Below, one piece after another: positions 53,407-64,000 of a stretch of DNA of 64,000 nucleotides; within the stretch, counting starts at the first letter, position 1, and every line of letters starts with the position of its first letter. The notes under the pieces were generated by a model. The model was not told the origin of the DNA. It saw only the letters and a list, made by a program, of their open reading frames with translations, and ran no database searches. A program made the translations under genes and the position numbers. This DNA comes from Lama guanicoe (Eukaryota): positions 10,943,186 to 11,007,185 of the forward strand of contig MU054323.1 of NCBI GenBank assembly GCA_013239625.1. The letters run 5' to 3'.

Positions 53407-55901
53407 CTTTATTACCTTTATGTCTCTACCTGTATGTGAGGCATGGGTGGTGCTTATCAACTTAACAGGCCACACAAACACATACAAGTTACTAGGATAC
53501 TGATTCATCTTAATGCCGTACATCAGTAACATCTTAACATGTTTATAGCACAGAAGAACTTTTCTTAAGCTGTCTGTGGTCTGAGCCTCTAGAGGATGCA
53601 AAGCAGGATTCTTATTTCAACACTAGTTCCAGGGTTTCTAACACTGCCAAAACTCTGAGATCTAAGCAACTACAATTAAAAATCTATTCACATAGTTTGG
53701 GTCAATGTGAGGCAAGAGTTAACCCACAAGTTCAAAAAGATAATAAATTGTCTTCCTTCTATCATGACAATGAAATACTCCTTGCAGGCCAATGTGCATC
53801 TTTCTCTTACGTTTAAGAATTGTCTTCCACCACCTGTTCTCAATGAATGGGGCATGTCATAGAGGGCAGTATAGTGAGAAATGAACTGGTGTACCTCGGT
53901 GGGGTTGCCTGGCTCTGACAGCCTATTCTGATCACTGCAGTGACCCCACAATAAGACTCTGGCTGGGACAGCAAGGTGCCACTGTACCATGAAGCCAGGC
54001 CCCCACTACAGGCTCAGTGATTATGTATGTCTTCACTCTCAGTGAGCTGGGAAGTGGTGCCGCTCTATGGTAAAGAGCGCAGACCCTCAAGTCTCAGGAG
54101 ATAAGCCTCTGTTTGAATTCCAGCTTCAACACTTTTTCGCTATGTAAACTGGAGGCAGTTGTAATAACTCAATTCACAGAGTTATTTAGAGGATTAAATG
54201 AAGTAATGCATGTAAAGCTACTTAGAACATTATTGTTTGCTAATAGTGTACATAGAAGTTTTCACTTCGCATAACTTTAGAAATCACTTAGGGGAACAAA
54301 AGGTAGAAAGGGCCATGTGAAGACATCCTAAACATGACTTTCTACTGTTAACTGTTTCTCACTCAACATTTCCCTCTTATAAGTAGTTAGAAAAGCTCTT
54401 TCTCTTAGACTCGACAGAAATCAACTCTTCTTATTCTCCCTCCTGATAGAAGACTGGACACCAGGGAGGAAAGGAAGACTCTGAATCAGACAATTCGCAA
54501 AGAATTTGAGCCAAGAGAGCGGCCTTTGCTGTCCCACACTATGACCTCCAGGGCTTGGTGAGGCTCTGAGACCTCTGCTGGGCACTGCTTACCCAGGATT
54601 TTGAGCTCTCCCAATGGCCACTGCAGCCAGGGCCATAAAGAAAAGCTGACTTTGTCCTTTAGACAGTAGAGTGAAGCTGCTCTTTTGCTCCACAATGCAG
54701 TTTCCTGAGTGTTTATGCACCAGGGCAGCGAAGTCAGGCTGTGATGGTTCCAAATCAACTCTACCCAAACCTCCTAATGTCCTTTGCTTTACTCACAGCT
54801 GAACAACACTCAGAGAAGAGAAATTCACCCTCACCTTTGGTAAATAAAAAAGAAAAAAAAATCAATAAAATAATTTCCAATCTGTTCCTTACAACTCAAT
54901 GCTCTGCTGATCAGAATGAGTCAGGAACAAAACTATTAGCTCTGAAAGAAAACAGCTTTCAGAAATATGATTTAATCTAGCTGGCTGAGCAATCACTATG
55001 CTTAAAATTCTCTGTGTCATATTTGCCCGTCAACAGAGCACACAGGGATACAATCCGCAGGGACAGCTCCTTTCATCTGGTACTAGATTCCAGACTGTAT
55101 CTATAATTGCTATAAGATCATCAAACCATCCAGCGACTTCAGGGAAAAGCTTACTTCTCACCAAAATGAAGCAACAACTAGTTTTCAACAAATAATACAG
55201 TTCCCCTTGGGACCCAGCTCTTCATTTGAGTTTCTTAAATTGGAAATACTTTCCTTTACTAAAGATTTGAATCAAAGTTTAGTTCCGTTAGCCTCTGCCT
55301 TACCCAGCCCTGTTCAACAAAGTCTTTAAGGACTAGCGCCACACAGCACCCAAGCCAATGATGACTAAGACAAGGGCATATCAGAAGTCCCACTGCCCTC
55401 AGTGGTTAGGGTCTAGGTAAGTTGTGCTGACACAGGTCAAGGAATTGGGGGGATGCTTGGGCCCTTTTTGTCCTATTCCAGAATTACTGTTACCTACATG
55501 ACTGTAAGAATGCCATTTTCTAGACCCCAATGTTGTGTCCAACTCACTGGATTAGAATTTTTTGGATATTACAGGCTACCCTCCTCACTAGATTGTGCTG
55601 TAACTAGTCAGTTCCAACAGGGCCAAGCCAGTCCCCGAGGACCTTACCACCAAGCCTGCCTGAATTATGAGGAATGTTCTGAGGGTTTCTGTTGTTGTTT
55701 TTGCTCCACCCAAAATAACTTAATCTCAAATGAAGCATTTTAACCAAAAGCTATTTGACCTTGGGGAAATCAACAAATACCACATAAGCTAGGCTAAACT
55801 TTAAGGGATGCAGGCAGTATGTGCAAAGCACTAGATATGTGCTCCAAGCAAGTCAATTTACCAGCTGTCAACATCAAACTAGCATTTTAAAGTTTACCTA
55901 G

Positions 55902-56263
55902 TGTCACATGCACAGCTGTTGCCCAGCCCAGATCATCTTTTCTAACACAGCACCCATCCCCCACTGTTGCGAGTACTGGCTAATGCCCACAGCTGCCCCT
56001 CTTCTTTGAAGAACTGCCTTTGGCCCACTCTCCACTAGCCAGAGAGGGGTTGACATGGGGTACAAAGGTTTGGCCCCTTTGCCAAATCTTTCTACTCTAC
56101 AGCATCTCACAGGATCAAGCTGAGACCATCTCCTTACATTTTTCTTCCTTCCATATCCTGCTTCCTTCATTCTTCTTGGGAGAACACTCCCTCAAGAAAG
56201 CTCTTGCCCTAGCATCCCCAAACCTCAGCTCAGGTTCTGCCTCTAGGGAACCTGACACAAGGC
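55902..56263 (+). mobile_element. LTR16-like solo LTR
   Basis: TGTCAC...CACAGCTGCCCCT...CTCAGGTTCTGCCTCTAGGGAACCTGACACAAGGCA. Confidence 0.55.
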
Positions 56264-56895
56264 AACTATGATGTGTGTGGAAAATGGATTAGAGCAGATG
56301 AAGAGTGACAACAGGGAAACAAGTTAGGAGGCTGCTGCAACAGTCCAGTTAATCAATGTTAGTTCTTTTCTATTCTGTTCTGAAATTCCATGACTCTCTG
56401 GGTAGGATCCTGCTGGTAATCACAACAAGCTCATTAACTCTGCTCCATATGTTAGAACAGACATAGGTCAAACTGGCACAGTAAACTGTTTAATCCATTG
56501 GGGCTGATGGTCAGAGAAATAACAAACAGAGCAAAAACTGAAGCATCTGATTTAACAGGCAACCAGACTGGAAAAACAGATCTCCCCCCAGTTCTTCAAT
56601 GGGAATTTAGAATAAAACCTGGTGGGGATCCAAAGACGGGTCTCTTGACTTAGTTTGCTATTGATTACTCATAGATTACCCAGGAATAACTTGAAACTCT
56701 GAGTCATCCACCCTCTGTGCTTAGCAGTTTCCCCTGGAGTCAATAAGTGTTACAAGAATGTAACTTAAACATATCTTGAAGGTAAATCTACTTTGAAGAT
56801 ACTCAGATGCAGATATCCAAAAGCAGACGGGCCATGGGTTTATCTATAATTCCAACCAGCACGGGATTTCATGCCTTTCCTTTGACAAAGTACAT

Positions 56896-57205
56896 CAATG
56901 TTTCTCAAACTGGGGCCTGCAGAGATAGCCTCAGGAATTTAAAGCTCTCTGTAAGGATTTTTTTCTTTTTCCACTTTTCATGATAATTTTAACAACTTAA
57001 TCTAAGTTTATTCTGTATCTCATGGAGGGCCACTGAATATTGTCATGAGATTTCAATATTAGTGTTATAACTGGGCATTGACATACTGACAGTAAGTGAT
57101 TACCTATAACTACAAGCATTTAACTTCTAGTGAAGGATCTCTGAAGCTGGAAATGTGCAGATGTATCCTCAGGAGGCTATGAATTTTCAAATTTGAGAAA
57201 CACTG
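56896..57205. mobile_element. hAT-Charlie non-autonomous element
   Basis: Terminal inverted repeats CAATGTTTCTCAAA...TTTGAGAAACACTG. Confidence 0.65.
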
Positions 57206-57919
57206 GACAATAAATTCATTTCTGAAGGTGAACAATACCACAAATTCCAAATGCCAACAGAATAGATAGCAAATGGTCAAAATAAGGAGCTGGTGTTCTG
57301 GCTGTTTTGCTATCCATCACAGAACAGAGGACAACCTAGTCAGAAGGGGTGAAGGCACTTCTGTGAAAAGTCAAATGACATCAAGTGTTTGCATCCCAGA
57401 GCTACTGTGGGCCACTGTTGCTGTTGTAATTGTTTATTTCTAATTAAAAATCTTACCAATTACCAAAGCAGTGACTGTAAAGTTGTTCCAACCCGAAGAC
57501 AGGGCCTATTTTTATATCTAGCTCTTCAGAGCCTGACTGCTAGACTCTTAGGAGATGCTCACTAAACATTTAACAAAGGAATAACCATTTACAGGCTAAT
57601 GAAAAATGCACAGATTAGAAACGACTATTTGATCAAAAACCAAGCCTGCATTCATAGGTGCTACAAGTAGAAAGAAAAGCAACCAAGTTATTACCATACC
57701 AGTCAGGACAGTGATTACCTCTAGAGGGAGGAAGGGGGTTGAGACTAGGGTGGAGGACATAAGACCTTCTAGGATGGCTGGTAATGTTTCTATTGCTAAA
57801 CCGAGGTGATAGTTACATGGATGTTTATTTTAAAACTATTCAGTATCCTATAAATTTACGTTTCTGCAAAAACAACAGTGAAGTATTACACTCTCCAAAG
57901 AAATGCAAGTCAATGTGAC

Positions 57920-58110
57920 CATTGCTATGAAGAGAAAGAGTACTGGACCTAAAGTCCAAGGTCCTAGTTTGAATCCCAGGTTTGCAACTTACCAGTTGAG
58001 TAACCTTGGTAAATCCCATAACCTCTCTGAGCCTCAGTTTTCCTATATGTAAAATGTGGATATCGCCAACTTCACAAGGTGATTCTTAAGTGAATTAATA
58101 CATATGAAAA
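57920..58110 (+). mobile_element. MIR SINE
   Basis: TTGAATCCCAG...AACCTCTCTGAGCCTCAGTTTTCCTATATGTAAAATG. Confidence 0.8.
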
Positions 58111-58834
58111 TGTTTTGCTGCTTTGTAGGGTGGAAAGCATTATAAAAATGTAAACTTGATAAATACTACTTTGGATTCTTATTGCGACTGTGACACTGTG
58201 TCTAAGAAAATGAGGGTATGGGGCCCACATGACACTAAAACGAGTTTATGAGTTTTGTGTTCCATGAATTGCATCTTCCACATTCTCACTGGTCCTGGGC
58301 CTGTTTCCTCTCTGCTTCTACTCTCTGACACAGATCCTGAGCTCGTGTCCTACTGTGCCCTCACACTCCCCTCAACTGGATGTCATGCTCTCTCTGAACC
58401 CTGTACTTTCCCATACACTGCTTCTTCTGTCTGGAATTCTTTACTAACCTGGCCCACCCTTCTAGTTAATCACTCATCCATTTATTCCACAAATATTTAA
58501 TGAGCACCTACTATGTGGCTGGTCCTGTTCTAGGTATCAAGGGTAAGTTCTTGCTTTCACGATTCTTACATTCTAATGATGGCTAACTCACACTCTTCCC
58601 CCTGTGGCTCAACTCAAGGATCACCACCTGTTCTAGGATAATTTCCCGTTTGTCCCCTCCACACTCACTTCCCACAAACACCAGTCACCAATCCCCACTG
58701 AGTTGTGACTGTCCCTCTTTGCCCTATAGCATCCTATGTACTCAAATACTAGTTTGTCTTGCCTATTCATATAGATGGTGAGCTCTTGAGTGCGATGATC
58801 ACATCTCTCAACTTCATTTGCAGAGAAAAGCACA

Positions 58835-59075
58835 TAATAATAATAATAGCTATGTAGTGCGTGCTTAATATGTGGCTGGTACAGTTCTGAATACTTTTAC
58901 ATACTATGTTTAATTCTCACAAAAAAAAAACATACGAGGTGGGCATTATTACTGCTTCAGTTTGAAGATGAGGAAACTGAGGCACAAAGAGGTTAAATGA
59001 CTTGCCCAAGTTCACAGAGCTGGTAAGGGGTGGAAGCATAATTTCCACACTTGGTCACTGCATTCCACTGCCACA
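58835..59075 (-). mobile_element. MIR SINE
   Basis: AGATGAGGAAACTGAGGCACAAAGAGGTTAAATGACTTGCCCAAGTTCACA. Confidence 0.85.
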
Positions 59076-59692
59076 CAGTTAGGAGACACTGTAGATGTTT
59101 AGGGGAAGAAGAAAGGCAAGGATCGGGTACAAAAGAGAGCCATTCACTCAGCAAGTAACAGGATAAGGAAATCTTTTTTATCAAGTACTTGGAGTTGGGA
59201 TGAGCCTGAGAAAAGAAGAAAGAGGATTTTCTCTCTAGATTTCTGCATCTACCCCATTTCCTTTACCTCTTCACTCCCTTAAATTTAAGCTACCTTGGGA
59301 TTATCCAGTCAATTAGAATATGTTTTAATTAATAGCACTGTTCAAGCTGATCTGAGTTCTTTCAAGCCTCAAAAGACAACCTAATGAACTGGGGGAATGA
59401 GGACTTAAGGATTTCAGTCCCCTTATTGTCATTCAACCCCAGATCCTCATGGTGTAAAACATGATTGGGGTGCAAAGTGAATATGGGCTTTCAAGGCTGG
59501 ATTGGGCCACAGCAATAACCTAGTCCAGCAACAAACTCAAAGGCCTTAGACACAGTGTCACGGTCGCAAACTCAAAAGCAGCCAAGAGAACTGTGGAAGC
59601 AGGCAGGGTATGGGACGACAGGTGTGAAGTGGCTTGTACAGGAATCAAGCACAACAAACACTACAAAGTGACTTTGCTTTTTATAATTTCAT

Positions 59693-60270
59693 GGGAACTT
59701 CTGGTTAAACATAGCAGAATAAACTCATGCATTTATCTCTGCTTCCTCCTCCAACCCTAGTAAAATGACAATAAAAGAATTTTTTTAAGTGTGGCTCCAT
59801 AAGGACAAAGAGGGGAGACAGGATGACAGCAGACAAAAGATATCAACAAGACATTGGAAAACAGAAGTGATAGCTGACTTAATTAAATACAGAGAGAGTT
59901 GAAATGAAGCAAAGCTGAAAACTAACCATGAAGAGAGGGAAGTCATAAAGAAGTAAACCAATTTGTACCTCAGAACCCCCACAGAAAAGCTCAGAATTTT
60001 GAGGAACCAGAAAACTTAAATGGCTGCAGTAAGGAATGGGGCTGAAAATAAGAAGGTTAAAAGCAGCTAAGAGCCCCACTCTCAAGTTTCCAAGTGACTA
60101 CATCTCTCTACTTAGGGAGAAGACTAGAGGTTTTGACATTAGTTTAACAGAACTAAACAGGCTCTCTCTTGAGTACACCGGACTTACCAGAAAATAAGGA
60201 TCAGGTACCTCAGTGAAAACAGTGGTATGAAGTGAAATTCTATATATTGAAGAGGGAGACCCAACATAGA
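59693..60270 (+). mobile_element. Ancient L1 5'-end-like fragment (related piece at ~49930-50055)
   Basis: ACTTCTGGTTAAACAT...TAAAATGACAATAAAAGAA...AGGACAAAGA motifs shared with TAAAATGACAGTAAAGAAA...AAGACAAAGA at 49965-50013. Confidence 0.45.
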
Positions 60271-60279
60271 AGTTTTGCA

Positions 60280-61225
60280 TGTCTGTCTTTAAACTTATTC
60301 CTAATACATGATGTTCTTGACATTACTGCAAAATAATAAAAACAGTATATTTTTTAAATTTCCCTTTTCTAATTGTTTGTTGCTATTGACCATTGACCTT
60401 GTATCCAGTGACCTTACCAATTTCACCTAATAATTCAAATCCCACATCTGTGGAATCTTCTGAACTTTGTGTACACAATCATGTGATCTGCAAATAATAA
60501 GAGCTTTATTTCTTCCTTTCCATTCACTTTGCCTCTTTTTTTTCTTGACTTATTTCCATGGGTAGGACTTTCAGTACAATGTAAGAGAGAAGTAGAATTG
60601 GGGGCATTATTGTCTCCTTCCTGACCTTTCAGGAAAACTTTCAAAATGTCACCATTTAATTATGCTTACTGTAGATTTTTATTATTTTTTGGCAAATTCT
60701 TATCATCTGAATAAGGAGGTTTCCTTTTACTCCTAGTTGGCTAAGAGATTTTTGAGTTTTTTTAATCATGAATGGGCACTGAACTTTATCAAACGTTGTA
60801 CTTCATCTACTGAACTGATCATATGACTTTTCTCCATTACTGTGTTAATTTGGTAAATCGCATTGACAAATTTTTTTTATTTTTTAAATTTTTATTTATT
60901 TATTATAATTCTGTGGGGGACGTAATTAGGTTTACTTATTTATTTTTAGAGGTGGTACTAGGGATTGAACCCAGGACCTTGTGTAAGCTAAGCATGCCTT
61001 CTACCACTTGAGTTATATACCATTCCCCCTACACTGACTAATTTCTGAATGTTAAACCAACCTTGATTTCCTATATAAATCCAACTTGGTCATGATATAT
61101 TATCTTCCCTATATATTGCTGCACCAGTTTGCTAATATTTCGTTAGAATTTTTGTATCATTATCCAAGAGAGATTTACCAAAAGTTTTCCTTTCTTGTGA
61201 TGGTCCTATTAGGTTTGAGTACATT
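60280..61225 (-). mobile_element. Old L1M ORF2 fragment hosting a SINE
   Basis: Minus-strand translation GKEEIKLLLFADHMIVY (RT FADD motif region). Confidence 0.8.
60874..61029 (-). mobile_element. Camelid tRNA-derived SINE (vic-1-like)
   Basis: Minus strand GGGGGAATGGTATATAACTCAAGTGGTAGA (A box)...GGGTTCAATCCC (B box)...AAACCTAATTACGTCCCCC plus A-rich tail; degenerate TSD CATTGACAAATTT / CACTGACTAATTT. Confidence 0.85.
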
Positions 61226-63289
61226 ACTCAACATCTGTAAGCTTCTATTTCCTTTTTTGTAAAATGGAGACAACTTACCATAATGTATAGTGCTGGTCAG
61301 AGGATTAAATGAGAAAATATATGTGAAATCCCTTAGCCCATATCCTGTTACAGGGTACATACTCAACAAATATTTATTAAAAGATCAGAATGGACTCCAG
61401 CTCTTATCAGTTAAAACTTGAGAATAAAATGCACACAAAACAACCCCAAGAATAAATCAATAAAAATAGTCTTCATTTATAAAATCAGTAAGTAGGATTT
61501 GAAACACAACAATCTAATTTGTAGAGCCTCAGCTGGTGTTCAGACCCATATTTAACATCTAGAGCCCAGTGAAGACAAACTTCAGACCAGAAAGAATAGG
61601 AGAGAGGGGCTAAGACCCCCTACCATACCCAATTTTTCACTCCCCAGGAATAATTCCCAATTCCACCATCTCTCTAGAAAGTGTCCTGGTGAGAAGCAGC
61701 CTGAACTGGCATCCAGGAGACTTGTCCTTTATTAGTGCTATGGACTTTCACAAATTACCTAATCTTTTTGGGCTGCAGCTTCCGTCTCTGTCAAAAAAAG
61801 CAACAGTAATCCCGACCCTACATGTTTCATAGGGTTGTAATAAAAATGAAATAAAAGGGCTTTTAAAAAATTAAAACATGCTAAGTGCTTTCTACTGACA
61901 TCAGCTCATACTCAAATATGCCTATAAAGTAGGAACAAATCTAAGGCACAGAATGATAAACCATATTGCCCAAAGTCTTACAGCTAGCAAGTGGTATAGC
62001 CAAGATTTGAACCCAGGCAGTCTAAGGCCAGAGACTGGATTCTTAAGTCTTTCCATATAGACTAAGAAAACTGTTGATCTGCCACTCAAAACAAAACCTT
62101 TCATGTTTCATGTTGTGATAAGATTGATAATGTGGTATTAAGATTCAACATCATTTAACACAAGAACATCTACTAAAGAGGGGAAAGAAAAAAATGCTTC
62201 TTTTTGTAACTACCCTCTTCCCTTTTGAGAATCATTTCTTTCCTCTTTCATTTAAAAAAAAAAAAAGAGCACTGTCATAGGAAATGTTTTATCCCATAAA
62301 GCTCTAGCTAATCAAAAGTTTCCTTGGCCAATTGCCCCAGCTGTGCAACTGGAAGACATTAAGACTTAAGGGAACTCACAGTTCTATTGTTAGTCTAATA
62401 TTAAATTGTTCTAACATTTCATTGACTGAGATTGCTCTCCAACCTACTACTGTACTCTGGACATTCTTTGTCAGGTCTCTCCTGTCTTATTGTACAGTCT
62501 GCAAACAGGCACAGGCCTTCTCAGGCACATCATCTCTAAACACACCTGATATTAACAATTCAGTCCAAAGTCTCACCTTCAAGACAGAAGCTGTAACAGG
62601 AGGAGTTCCAGCCAGCACTGTGACATGAATTAAGTCAGCAAGGCTCTCTAAGCCTTCCATTCTACATTGGTTCAATGGGATTCATCACATCAACTCCACC
62701 TACTTCCTGAGGCTGGTATGCAGATACGATGAGATGATGCTTAGAAAAGCAGTGTGAAACTGCAGGACATTGTTCACAGTAAGAATGACATTTGTTACCC
62801 ATCCAGTTGAGTGATGTTGTCAAAAGAGCAATGTCTGGGACTCAGTATCCTTGCTTTCTCATACAGAAATCTAAGAGTGTATATATTTCTCTCATTTTCA
62901 TTGCTTTTGCCATAGTTTAGGCTCTCTTTCTCTCTTGACAGTTCCTCACTTAAAATCTTTACCTTTTTGCTAAAAAACAATTCCCTCTCCTCAGTCAGAC
63001 ATTTTTACTGCTAGAACCAGAGATCCAGACATTTGACCATGCCTTCACATACTTCATTCCTCTTAGAGGATTCTTCCCAACGATTCTCACCCTTACTCTT
63101 TTCCTTCCACAACAGAGACTTGCCTGTGACTAAACCCAGTTAAAATGAGAACTTTTTTTCCACACCAGGTCTTCCTGACCCTCCTACTTACCTCTTCACT
63201 GCGTTCTCAATCTCTCCCTCTATTCTACCTTAATTATTCAGATGACTTTCATCTAACACAGATTACTACCTCAACGAATAGACTGATAC

Positions 63290-64000
63290 AATGATATGAC
63301 TGATGATAAATGCAATAACTGAGAAACACCTAACCCATTCTGGGGCTGTGGCTAGGGAAGGTATGGCAGAGAAGGAGTCATACAGGCTGGCTCTTAAAAA
63401 ATGATTTGGAGATAGCTAGATGAAGGAGAAGGAAAAGGGCATCATAGGTCAAGGGAACAGCATGTGCAAAGGCATGAGTGAGCACAGTTTTTGCAAGAAA
63501 ATCACAAGTAATGGCTGGGTATTGGCTGCACTTAAGGAATTTCTGAAAAATAAGACATAGAGATTTAGGCAGAAATAAATCAAATCATGAAGAGTGGCAT
63601 TTGCTAAGCTAAGAAGCCATGGGGAGCCACTAAAGTGGGAAGTAGTAGAATAAGATTTGTGTTGTAGAAGTTCACAGTGGTGGTTGTGAAAAGGGCAGAC
63701 TGAAGAGGTCCTTAGCTGGAGACATGAAGACCAATTAGGAGAGGCAATAAGTGGAAACTCAATTAAGTCAGCGACCTTGAGAATGAAGAGAAGGGTAAAC
63801 TTACAGATATGGAAGAGAAAGAAGCTCTAGGACCTCCTGATTAATTTGCACAAGGCAGGATGTTGGGGTATAGGGGAGACAATGAATGAGAGGAAGGCAT
63901 CTCAGTAGAATGACACCCAGGTTTCTGGCTTCAATAACAGGGTGAATCCCAAACAAGGCTTGGAACAAGAGATGAGCTTGTTTCTTGCACATTTCAAGAT
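63290..64000 (-). mobile_element. L2 LINE fragment
   Basis: AGGGAACAGCATGTGCAAAGGC; GGGGAGCCACT; AATGACACCCAGGTTTCTGGCTT. Confidence 0.75.

Noticed and set aside
60950..61029. tRNA gene
   Set aside because: It is the tRNA-derived head of a SINE with tail and TSD; the cloverleaf is degraded.
1..64000. CRISPR arrays, operons, prokaryotic or viral defence systems, CpG-island promoter
   Set aside because: The sequence is mammalian; no regularly spaced repeats, dense ORFs or CpG island were seen.

Overview
Mammalian, repeat-dense, CpG-poor non-coding DNA (intronic or intergenic). It is very likely camelid (camel/alpaca/llama), based on a tRNA-derived vic-1-like SINE and young L1 3' tails ending ...GACACAACATTGTAAAATGATTATAAATCAATAAAAAATGTT(A)n. 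I see no intact protein-coding gene, CpG island or RNA gene. The ORF-track entries with recognisable protein similarity are L1 ORF2 or Tigger1 transposase remnants; the rest look like chance ORFs. The window is a layered record of transposons: L2, MIR, old L1M, LTR16/LTR33/MLT1, an ERV1 solo LTR, hAT MITEs, a near-full Tigger1, and younger L1/SINE copies nested in older ones with readable target-site duplications (TSDs). The most interesting non-repeat signal is a cluster of exon-like segments on the minus strand at about 28.1-30.75 kb, possibly a decayed gene or lncRNA; I could not identify it and it may be chance. Also notable are a twin-primed inverted L1, an L1 family with a chimeric 3' tail, a solo L1 5'UTR, and an apparent templated duplication. 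Repeat subfamily names are from memory of consensus sequences and need RepeatMasker/Dfam confirmation.
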